A DNA stretch of 21,904 nucleotides, from positions 1 to 21,904 of the forward strand of contig JBAXJR010000038.1 of assembly GCA_037137755.1 (NCBI GenBank). The letters are read 5' to 3'. Shown here piece after piece: positions 7,391-16,690 of the stretch (positions are counted from its first letter, which is position 1; the number at the start of each line of letters is the position of its first letter). The DNA comes from Methanomicrobiales archaeon (GTDB taxonomy: Archaea; Halobacteriota; Methanomicrobia; Methanomicrobiales; Methanospirillaceae). Below the pieces are notes generated by a model. It was given only the letters and a program-made list of their open reading frames with translations, made no database searches and was not told the origin of the DNA. Made by a program: the position numbers and the translations under genes.

Positions 7391-8665
7391 TTAGCTGATG
7401 ATAACTTTTCTTCCGGAATATGCAGAGATCCGATCTTCGGTCTGTCGGAGTAACGAGGGAAGTTCTGCTTGTAATGTAGTAAGGCGCCCTTCGAGTGCGA
7501 CCCTGCTTCGTTCTACCTCTTCCAGTTCACCGGTTTTCGTATGATAGCGACGATCAAGGGATTCCTTCTCCTTGATGAAACTGCTCCCATCTATTTTCCT
7601 GCGGATCTCTTTGAGCTGGTTATCGCTACCTTCAATCCTGGAGTATATTTCCTGGATTTTACCGGGCAACAATGCAGGATTGGAAAAATACTGGTGTTCC
7701 TCCTTATTCTTAAGAGAAATATCTCCATGCGTAACCATCACGATGATTTCAGGAAGTACATCGTTCAGTTCCTGGCACAGAATGGGGATTTCGGGGATTT
7801 CACTTTTAGAGAGGTGTTCTGCCAGCGCATGGGCTTTTTTCGCAAGGGTCAGATTATGGTCCTTCTGGGCGACTTTTTCAGCCCGCTTCAGCACATGAAC
7901 CATCATACTGCCCAAGGCAGAGAACTCACTACGAGCTCTTTCACGCTCCCCGTTCAGCTGCTTCATTTCTGCATGGAACTCATCCTGCTGTTTCACCCGG
8001 GGGTCGCTGCTCAAGTGGCTGATTTCTTCACTAATGGCCTTAATTTCACCCTGCAGGACCAGTGACCGGTCTGTAAGCAGGGGGTACTGATCCCCGGCCT
8101 GGCGAAATTCTTCGCGGGTACGGAGGTAAGACTCATGAAACTGCCTGATCCTGGTAAGTTCCTCTCCTTTATTCCGCGCTTCTGCAATAACGGGATTCAT
8201 GGCATTAATTTCCCTCCCGACCAGGTCAATAGTTGCCCGGATAGCTTTCATCTCCTCGGGGAAAACCGCGATAAGGTACCGGCCGGGTCCTGCAGAACTT
8301 TTTAAGCACCCCTTCAGACACTCGGTGACAGCACTATAAAAATCGTCGGGATTTTCCGGGAACTGGCGGTTAAGTGCAGAGAATGTTGCTTTTTTATAGA
8401 GTGGCAGGGATTTTTCCACGACCTTCTCAAGTTTAGGATGCACGACCCCTTCATGTTCAGAAGAACCAAGAAACCCTACAAGTTCCTTTAACTTTTCAAT
8501 ATTCCCGAGGATATTTTTTCTTGACCCGTCGACAAAGTCTTTCTCGTTTTTCCCGACCATTGTATACTCGCCCGTTATCCAGCCGGGAATCTCACCAGAA
8601 ACCAGGGTTAATGGGGGCACTTCTTCTTTCCGGAACATTTCCTTTATCTGCCGAAACATAAACAC
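7391..8665 (-). CDS. Hypothetical long alpha-helical/coiled-coil protein, ~424 aa
   Basis: Long ORF rich in E/K/L/R with heptad-like stretches (e.g. GELEEVERSRVALEGRLTTLQAELPSLL). No nucleotide-binding or nuclease motif seen. Start is GTG 8665 or ATG 8659. Confidence 0.8.
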   Translation of the reverse strand: MFMFRQIKEMFRKEEVPPLTLVSGEIPGWITGEYTMVGKNEKDFVDGSRKNILGNIEKLKELVGFLGSSEHEGVVHPKLEKVVEKSLPLYKKATFSALNRQFPENPDDFYSAVTECLKGCLKSSAGPGRYLIAVFPEEMKAIRATIDLVGREINAMNPVIAEARNKGEELTRIRQFHESYLRTREEFRQAGDQYPLLTDRSLVLQGEIKAISEEISHLSSDPRVKQQDEFHAEMKQLNGERERARSEFSALGSMMVHVLKRAEKVAQKDHNLTLAKKAHALAEHLSKSEIPEIPILCQELNDVLPEIIVMVTHGDISLKNKEEHQYFSNPALLPGKIQEIYSRIEGSDNQLKEIRRKIDGSSFIKEKESLDRRYHTKTGELEEVERSRVALEGRLTTLQAELPSLLRQTEDRISAYSGRKVIIS

Positions 8666-8741
8666 TCCCGTTTAACCTGCAAGAAGACATTCTTTCTGAT
8701 TATATGCTGATACGTGGGACCGCGAAAACGCGGGTTCCGGG

Positions 8742-10027
<1,286 letters not shown>

Positions 10028-10053
10028 GGTTTGATAATAAAGATATGGTCTGG

Positions 10054-10067
10054 CGTATAATTATACG
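10054..10067. promoter_or_regulatory. Perfect 14-bp palindrome with TATA-like core in a 48-bp divergent intergenic region
   Basis: CGTATAATTATACG equals its own reverse complement; lies between the larB start (10027) and the 10076 start. Confidence 0.55.
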
Positions 10068-10075
10068 TTCATCAT

Positions 10076-10387
10076 ATGAGCTATCTTTTATATGTCGCAT
10101 TATTCGGGGCAGTCGCCGTTATATTCCTCTGGTTACGCGATGCCCGGATATATTATCGCACGGGTCTGCCGGGATACCGGAAAGCAGCGCGCTATGGTGT
10201 GCTATATGGTGCACTTGCCACCCTTGGGTTCCTTATCGCGCTGCTCGGTTCTTCTGCAGAGGTACTCGGTATCGGCATCGTGATGGCAGCACTGTTCCTC
10301 CGGGACAGAGGCACCCGGGAGAAGGTATGGAAAGACGAAAGTACCGCAGAGCGTTTCTTAGGCTCAGTACGATTAAGGAAAAAATAG
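10076..10387 (+). CDS. Small membrane protein of unknown function (about 3 TM segments), 103 aa
   Basis: Hydrophobic segments YLLYVALFGAVAVIFLWL, GVLYGALATLGFLIALLG and VLGIGIVMAALFL with basic loops; co-oriented 33 nt upstream of hisS. Confidence 0.75.
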   Translation: MSYLLYVALFGAVAVIFLWLRDARIYYRTGLPGYRKAARYGVLYGALATLGFLIALLGSSAEVLGIGIVMAALFLRDRGTREKVWKDESTAERFLGSVRLRKK

Positions 10388-10420
10388 GATAGCGGACCGA
10401 GGAACATTGGTGAGAGAAGA

Positions 10421-11656
10421 ATGATACAGAAACCAAGGGGGACCAGGGACTTTCTCCCTGATGAAATGGAGCAACGGAGAGCCGTAGAAAAACGTATGCG
10501 CGATGTTGCCCGTCGCTGGGGGTATCGCGAAGTATGCACCCCTGAATTTGAAGAACTTGAACTGTTCACCGCGCGGTCGGGCGATGGAATAATCGAAGAA
10601 ATGTACGTATTCGAAGATAAAGGGGGGCGCAGGATGGCACTCCGGCCGGAGATCACCGCTGCTGTCCAGAGGATGTACCTTAACGAGGCACGGGTTACCC
10701 CAAAGCCATTACGATGGTGCTATTTCGCTGATTGTTTCCGGTATGAACGTCCGCAAAAAGGACGTTATCGCCAGTTCTGGCAGTTTGGCGTTGAACTGAT
10801 TGGTGCAGATACGCCGGTTGCGGATGCAGAGGTGATCATGCTTGCCCGCGACCTCCTGGAATCTTCCGGGGTATCATTCTCCCTGCATATCGGCCACCTG
10901 GGCCTGATGAAAGCACTGCTTTTTGGCATGGACTCAAAAGAGCAGCGTATCGTGATGAGATACCTCGATAAAAAAGACTATGAGGGCCTGAAGGCTCACC
11001 TCGGTATGTTGGGCAGGTCAGACCTCTATTCTTCCCTCACGTCACTGCTCGAATGCCGGTCACTTGACGAAGTGACAGGAATTACCGGAAAAATCCCTGA
11101 ACATGCAAGAATCGAGGAGACTCTCGACCTTCTGGACGAAATGGGAGTATCATATTCGCTCAACCCGGGTATTGCCCGGGGGCTCGACTATTATACGGGC
11201 ATGGTATTCGAGGCCTTTGCGGATAACCTCGGTGCAGAGAACCAGATCCTGGGAGGGGGAGCGTACCGGCTTGCTCATCTCTTTGGTGGGGACGATGTAC
11301 CATCATCCGGGTTTGCAATTGGATTCGACCGTGTAATGGTCTCACTGGGTGATGCAGCAGGAGAGAAAGAGTGTGTCGTAGGTATCGTCTATACCACTGA
11401 AGGGAGGACTCACGCGCTCAGGGTTGCCAGGGCATTCAGGGACGCCGGGCTACGGACAGAAACTGACATCATGGGACGTAACATCGGAGCCCAGATCACC
11501 CATGCGTCGAAGTCTGCACAATTCGTCGCAATTATCGGCAGGCGCGAACAGGAGTCCGGTACCGTCACATTAAAAGACCTGGTCACCGGGGAGCAGCATG
11601 AACTGGACCTCCCATCAGCAGTCCTCGAGGTGGTAACGAGTGGTCCTCGCGGATGA
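10421..11656 (+). CDS. hisS: Histidine--tRNA ligase
   Basis: [15 protein letters not shown], motif 2 [28 protein letters not shown], motif 3 GFAIGFDR, C-terminal anticodon-binding domain. Confidence 0.97.
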   Translation: MIQKPRGTRDFLPDEMEQRRAVEKRMRDVARRWGYREVCTPEFEELELFTARSGDGIIEEMYVFEDKGGRRMALRPEITAAVQRMYLNEARVTPKPLRWCYFADCFRYERPQKGRYRQFWQFGVELIGADTPVADAEVIMLARDLLESSGVSFSLHIGHLGLMKALLFGMDSKEQRIVMRYLDKKDYEGLKAHLGMLGRSDLYSSLTSLLECRSLDEVTGITGKIPEHARIEETLDLLDEMGVSYSLNPGIARGLDYYTGMVFEAFADNLGAENQILGGGAYRLAHLFGGDDVPSSGFAIGFDRVMVSLGDAAGEKECVVGIVYTTEGRTHALRVARAFRDAGLRTETDIMGRNIGAQITHASKSAQFVAIIGRREQESGTVTLKDLVTGEQHELDLPSAVLEVVTSGPRG

Positions 11657-13442
11657 ACTTGCCAAGTCCCAGAGAAGTATCAGTGTTGCAGAATTCTTCG
11701 AGAAAAATAAGCACCTGCTGGGGTTTGACTCCCCCACGAGGGGAATTATCACTACCGTCAAGGAGGCGGTGGACAATGCCCTTGATGCCTGTGAGGAGGC
11801 CGAAGTTCTCCCTGATATCTATGTCGGTATACAACGGATATCTGGGGATGTTTTCCGTATTATTGTCGAGGACAACGGTCCCGGTATAATACCTGAACAA
11901 ATCCCGTACGTTTTTGGGAAACTCCTCTATGGCTCGCGCTTCCACCAGATTAAACAAAGCAGGGGCCAGCAGGGTATTGGTATCAGCGCTGCGGTGCTCT
12001 ATGCACAGCTTACCACCGGCACTCCGACCCTTGTGATTTCACGGACAAGTGCTGCGACACCCGCCTGCCAGGTGATGCTCCAGATAAAAATAGAGACCAA
12101 CGAGCCGGATATAATCAGTACGAAGGAGATCGAATGGGACAGGGCTCACGGGACGCGTGTCCAGATTGAATTTAAAAGCAGCCTTGCCGCAAAAAAAAGG
12201 CTCCTCGAATACCTGCGCTACACAGCCGTCGTGAACCCCCACGCACGGCTCCGTGTGGACCTGGACGATGAAACAGAAACATTCGAACGGGTGAGCGCGG
12301 AAATCATTGTATGCCCGAAGGCAATCCAGCCACACCCCCATGGTATCGAGATTGGTCAGCTCCAGCGGATGCTTGCATCAAGTGATGAGCCGGTTGAACT
12401 GTTCCTTGTATCAGGATTTTCCCGCGTCGGGAAGAAAACAGCCCTTGAAATGTGCCAGATTGCAGGGATTTCCCCCGAAAAACCTGCGAAAAAAATAACC
12501 AAAGACGAGCAGAGGCAGCTGATTGCCGCGATGCAGCAGGTGAACGTACCTGCCCCCCCCGCATCGCTCTGCCTCTCACCGATTGGGGAGGAGCTGATCA
12601 TCAGGGGTCTCCGTAAAGAGTTCCCTATGGACTTCATCAAGGCCAGGACACGCCAGAGCTCGGTATTTTCAGGACATCCCTTCATGGTAGAGGCTGCACT
12701 TGGATATGGAGGAAAACTGCCGCCTGAAGGAAACGCACAGATCCTCAGGTTTGCAAACCGGGTGCCACTGATGTACCAGCAGGGTGCCTGCGCAATTACC
12801 GGCTGCATAACGGACATAAACTGGAAAAGTTACTCTGTTTCCCAGCAGGGCCTTCCGATTGGGCCGTTACTCATTCTCGTCCATGTTGCCTCGACAAATG
12901 TGCCCTTCACCAGTGAAAGCAAGGATGCGGTGGCATCGATCCCAGAGATTGAAAAGGAGATCACCCTCGCCCTCCAGGAGCTGGGACGCGACTTAAAACA
13001 GTTCCTTTCAAGGAGGGACAGGAACCGGCTCGCAGAAGACCGGGCCCGGGCGGTGTGCGCCATTATCCCCGAGATCGCAGAGAAGGTAAGCGAGATTGTT
13101 GAACTGCCTGTACCGGACATAAGCCCGATTGAAGGGCGCATCATGAGAAAGATGGTTGTCAAGAAACGGGTATCGGGTGGCACAGTCACACTCGAACTGA
13201 ACAATTATACTGATTTTAATGGTACGGTATCAGTGTACGAGACATCCCCTGACAATGCAGATGATGCCGTACCAAGGGCGGATTTTGTTTCATCACTCGA
13301 TACCGAATTTACCAAGGTCTGGCAGGTGCCATTGACACCCGGCGCCAACTGGAAGGTTACCTGGAACGGAAGGGGTGGCGGTAACCTTGATATCAGGGGG
13401 ATCGACGAGGGCAAAATTGTGGTGGTGGACCTGAATGTCTAA
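11640..13442 (+). CDS. top6B: DNA topoisomerase VI subunit B
   Basis: [19 protein letters not shown] motifs [27 protein letters not shown]; RFANRVPL; [11 protein letters not shown] start with SD GAGGTG at 11627-11632; overlaps hisS by 17 nt. Confidence 0.97.
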   Translation: MVLADELAKSQRSISVAEFFEKNKHLLGFDSPTRGIITTVKEAVDNALDACEEAEVLPDIYVGIQRISGDVFRIIVEDNGPGIIPEQIPYVFGKLLYGSRFHQIKQSRGQQGIGISAAVLYAQLTTGTPTLVISRTSAATPACQVMLQIKIETNEPDIISTKEIEWDRAHGTRVQIEFKSSLAAKKRLLEYLRYTAVVNPHARLRVDLDDETETFERVSAEIIVCPKAIQPHPHGIEIGQLQRMLASSDEPVELFLVSGFSRVGKKTALEMCQIAGISPEKPAKKITKDEQRQLIAAMQQVNVPAPPASLCLSPIGEELIIRGLRKEFPMDFIKARTRQSSVFSGHPFMVEAALGYGGKLPPEGNAQILRFANRVPLMYQQGACAITGCITDINWKSYSVSQQGLPIGPLLILVHVASTNVPFTSESKDAVASIPEIEKEITLALQELGRDLKQFLSRRDRNRLAEDRARAVCAIIPEIAEKVSEIVELPVPDISPIEGRIMRKMVVKKRVSGGTVTLELNNYTDFNGTVSVYETSPDNADDAVPRADFVSSLDTEFTKVWQVPLTPGANWKVTWNGRGGGNLDIRGIDEGKIVVVDLNV

Positions 13443-14523
13443 ATCAGACCTCAATATGCGGGCAATTGAAAGCCTGCAAACAATTGCACAAAACTGGTAT
13501 GACCAGATAAAGAACGGGATAATTCCTTCCATCAACCTGCCAACCCGGACAAAACATAATATTGAGTATGATGACGAGAGCGAAGTCTGGAAATACGGTG
13601 AAAAGGAGAGTACCCGTTCTGCAGGTTCAGCAAAAAGTGCGATGCACATCCTGAAGATGGCGTGGGTTATCTGGTTTTTGAAAAAACAGATAGGCGAAAA
13701 CCGTTCATCGACATTAAGAGAGTTGTACTACATATCGGAAGGCTGGAAAAAAGCAAAATTCGGCGCCCAGGATGAGAGCAATTTCCTGATCGAAGACCTT
13801 GAGATACTCACCGATATGCAACGGGAGGCTTTTCATCTGCGACCTGAAGAAGACGGGGCAACAATTTTCGGCGCGATTGAATTAAAGGAAGTGACACGGA
13901 GAGGAGAGCGGAAGATCCATTGCAGGGATGATGTCGGGGAGGCGGGTTACCAGATACCGACCAATGTAGATACCATTGATTTCCTCGGCCACGATGCCAG
14001 ATTTGTCATCGCGATCGAGACCGGCGGTATGTATGCACGGCTCATCGAGAACGGGTTTGACGAGGACTACAAGGCGATTCTTGTCCACCTTAAGGGTCAG
14101 CCGGCCCGTTCAACCCGTCGTGTCCTGAACAGGATAAATGAGCAGTTCAAGCTCCCGGTCGTCGTTTTCACCGATGGCGACCCCTGGTCCTACCGGATTT
14201 ATGCAAGTGTTGCATACGGGGCAATCAAAAGTGCCCACATGTCAGAAATCCTAGCCACCCCGCAGGCCAGGTTTATAGGGGTGCAGCCGAGCGATATCAG
14301 GGACTACAACCTCCCTTCAGACCATCTGAATGAACGTGATATCGCAGCACTGAACAGTGAACTGACGGACCCCCGTTTCGCAACAGACTACTGGAGGGAA
14401 CAGATCAATCTGCAGCTGAAAATGGGGATGAAATCAGAGCAACAGGCATTTGCAGCCCGCGGGCTTGATTTTGTAACAAAGGAATATCTCCCAAAACGGC
14501 TTTCTGACATGGGAATCATCTGA
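13435..14523 (+). CDS. top6A: DNA topoisomerase VI subunit A (Spo11 homologue)
   Basis: STLRELYY (catalytic Tyr region), TOPRIM AIETGG and [21 protein letters not shown]; 8-nt overlap with top6B. Confidence 0.97.
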   Translation: MSKSDLNMRAIESLQTIAQNWYDQIKNGIIPSINLPTRTKHNIEYDDESEVWKYGEKESTRSAGSAKSAMHILKMAWVIWFLKKQIGENRSSTLRELYYISEGWKKAKFGAQDESNFLIEDLEILTDMQREAFHLRPEEDGATIFGAIELKEVTRRGERKIHCRDDVGEAGYQIPTNVDTIDFLGHDARFVIAIETGGMYARLIENGFDEDYKAILVHLKGQPARSTRRVLNRINEQFKLPVVVFTDGDPWSYRIYASVAYGAIKSAHMSEILATPQARFIGVQPSDIRDYNLPSDHLNERDIAALNSELTDPRFATDYWREQINLQLKMGMKSEQQAFAARGLDFVTKEYLPKRLSDMGII

Positions 14524-14748
14524 CGGTCAGGAAGAACTACCGCGTCACCCGGTTGTTTCACTTCCGGTTCTTTCATATTTTCCGGCTTTGCGAAAACAGA
14601 AAACCAGCATTCAAAAAAAAATCTGATACTGCCAACTCAAGCCCGTTCTATTGTCCATTACGATAAATCCTGGAAAGAGTTGAATTAGGTTGATTCTTCC
14701 CGGGATGTTGTGCCCGGGTTACTACTATTAAGGCAGGATCGGTCCCGG

Positions 14749-15765
14749 TTACACAAAGAACCGGAACGCAATCCATGCGATCAGCAACATGATTGCAGAA
14801 TACTTGAGACCTGCAATGGCGCTGCCTTCACCCATCTGCCCGGCGACGAGACCTGAAAATATTCCCTGGATCATGGCGGCATGCGCAAACAACCTCTTGT
14901 AAAAGAAAAGGTTAAGATTTTTTATAAACTGTGGACCTCCCGGCCCCCCTGCCTGGGCCGCGGTTGCCATCGTGGTAAGAAATGTCGTGACCAGTATAAA
15001 AATAACAAACAGGAATACCAGGAACGATACCAACACAATAACAACATAGATCATCATGTTGTTATTCCGCTCAGATTTCAGCTTCACGAATTCATAGGTG
15101 TCATTCGCCGCGGCACGGAGCACTTCGCTTGCATCGCCACCTGCCCTGCTGGCCTTCGCAATCAGGTCTACACTCCTGTCTGCCAGGGGGGTGCGCAGTC
15201 GTTGGCCAAAACGGTACATTGCCTCGACAAATGGCACATTCCATGACATCTCGCTGTCCATCTTACGAATATATGGTGTAAGCGTGCTGTATTCCCCTGC
15301 AGAAACAAGGTGGACCGCATTGGGAAGTGTCATACCGCTGTCGTTCATACCTGCGAGATCACGGAAGAAATTGGGGAGTGCTTCCTCGAGATTATTAATT
15401 CGTTTTGATTCCCTTGTCTGGAGAATTGCAAGGGGACCAATGGCAATCAGGATTGAGATGACCGCGATATCATCGATGATGGTTGTCGTGAACATCACTG
15501 AAAGGCCATACTGCCTGATCATGCTCGCGGTACCGATGATGAAGAACAACAGGGATACCGGTATACACACGATGAGGATATTAACCGGCTTTTCAGTAAG
15601 CACCTTCAGGGGATGCCGTATGAACCGGCCAAACCCAATCCTGTGAGCGCGATCATATTCGAGCTTTTCTTCAATTTCATGTTCAGCATCATCAGAATAA
15701 CTGACACGTTTCCCGGGTATGCCTTTTTTCCCGCCAAATCCCGGGATTTTATCTTTCCAGCCCAT
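14749..15765 (-). CDS. Type IV pilus/type II secretion membrane platform protein (T2SS-F, TadC/PilC-like), 338 aa
   Basis: EEALPNFFRDLA..NDSGMTLPNA, YSTLTPYIRKM, ASRAGGDASEVL, QGIFSGLVAGQMGEGS...GLKY; several TM segments. Confidence 0.9.
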   Translation of the reverse strand: MGWKDKIPGFGGKKGIPGKRVSYSDDAEHEIEEKLEYDRAHRIGFGRFIRHPLKVLTEKPVNILIVCIPVSLLFFIIGTASMIRQYGLSVMFTTTIIDDIAVISILIAIGPLAILQTRESKRINNLEEALPNFFRDLAGMNDSGMTLPNAVHLVSAGEYSTLTPYIRKMDSEMSWNVPFVEAMYRFGQRLRTPLADRSVDLIAKASRAGGDASEVLRAAANDTYEFVKLKSERNNNMMIYVVIVLVSFLVFLFVIFILVTTFLTTMATAAQAGGPGGPQFIKNLNLFFYKRLFAHAAMIQGIFSGLVAGQMGEGSAIAGLKYSAIMLLIAWIAFRFFV

Positions 15766-15766
15766 T

Positions 15767-16690
15767 TCAACCCTCCGGTGTCATTGCACTGATCATAATA
15801 ACGAACATGATACTCCCCAACGGGATCATCATGTAGATGATCACAAAGAGAAAGATAGGATTCGCATTGTTCCCGATGACCGACATGATAGACTGGAGAA
15901 TAATCAGGAAAAGCGGCCCTGCGACCATTGCCGTCACATACGACTCCGCAATCAGACCAAGGGTATCAAGGAAGAGTTTCTGGGTCTGCCGGTTTTCAAC
16001 AGAATACTGCTCGGCTTTTGTCCGGAAATAAACCGTAAGGTTACTCCCACTGGAGATGCTTCCCATCGCACCCTGGATAAATTCCTTCATCCTCATGCTT
16101 GGCGTGGAAACGGAAGTAATTCTAAGGGCATCAATGAGGTCTTTTCCGAACATGTCAATTTCCCGCACAATATACCGGGCTTCTACAGAGCTCTCGCCGT
16201 AAATTCTACTGTCTGCCAGCTGGCGGAAAATCTCAGCTGGCGGGATACCCGCTGTCGACATCGCAGTGATGTAATTAATCGCGTAGGGAAGAGTGGCATC
16301 GATATTCCTGCGCCTGTTACCGGCGATAACGGATGGATACAGGTTGTAGATCAGGTAGGTCAACCCCCCAAAAACAAGCAGTGAGATGATTGTGACCGCA
16401 ATGGTCCCAAGTAATAGACTGTAACTGGCAATGGGGACAAGTGCACCCGGTACGGCCCCACGATAGGTGACAAGTTTTGTCAGTTGAAAAATATAGGTGA
16501 TGGCCCCGATACAGACTGCTGCAAGAAGTCCTACTAGGACTGATGTCACTAATGCCGTTGAGAGATATACTTCGAAGGGATTTTGTATACGGGCGGAAAG
16601 CAGGTCTTTTCGTAATTCCGAATATTTTTCGCGCCGGGCTTTTACTCTTTTTCCGAGAAGGTTGAAGCAGAATCGTTCGTAACTATTCAT
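15767..16690 (-). CDS. Type IV pilus/type II secretion membrane platform protein (T2SS-F, TadB/PilC-like), 307 aa
   Basis: RRRNIDATLPYAINYITAMSTAG, YGESSVE, FGKDLIDAL, TPS, LGLIAESYVT; TM segments; 8-nt overlap with the ATPase gene. Confidence 0.9.
   Translation of the reverse strand: MNSYERFCFNLLGKRVKARREKYSELRKDLLSARIQNPFEVYLSTALVTSVLVGLLAAVCIGAITYIFQLTKLVTYRGAVPGALVPIASYSLLLGTIAVTIISLLVFGGLTYLIYNLYPSVIAGNRRRNIDATLPYAINYITAMSTAGIPPAEIFRQLADSRIYGESSVEARYIVREIDMFGKDLIDALRITSVSTPSMRMKEFIQGAMGSISSGSNLTVYFRTKAEQYSVENRQTQKLFLDTLGLIAESYVTAMVAGPLFLIILQSIMSVIGNNANPIFLFVIIYMMIPLGSIMFVIMISAMTPEG

Noticed and set aside
7391-8665. SMC/Rad50/SbcC assignment for the coiled-coil protein
   Set aside because: No Walker A/B, ABC signature or CxxC hook seen.
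11251-11275. HisRS has GGAY where many enzymes have GGRY; possible HisZ-like paralogue
   Set aside because: Motif 2, RGLDYY and the anticodon-binding domain are intact, so it is treated as ordinary lineage variation.
14524-14748. Possible sRNA between convergent top6A and the pilus operon (CCCGGG pairs, CAACTC/GAGTTG)
   Set aside because: Only 6-bp complementarities; the A9 run is adequately explained as a minus-strand oligo-T terminator.
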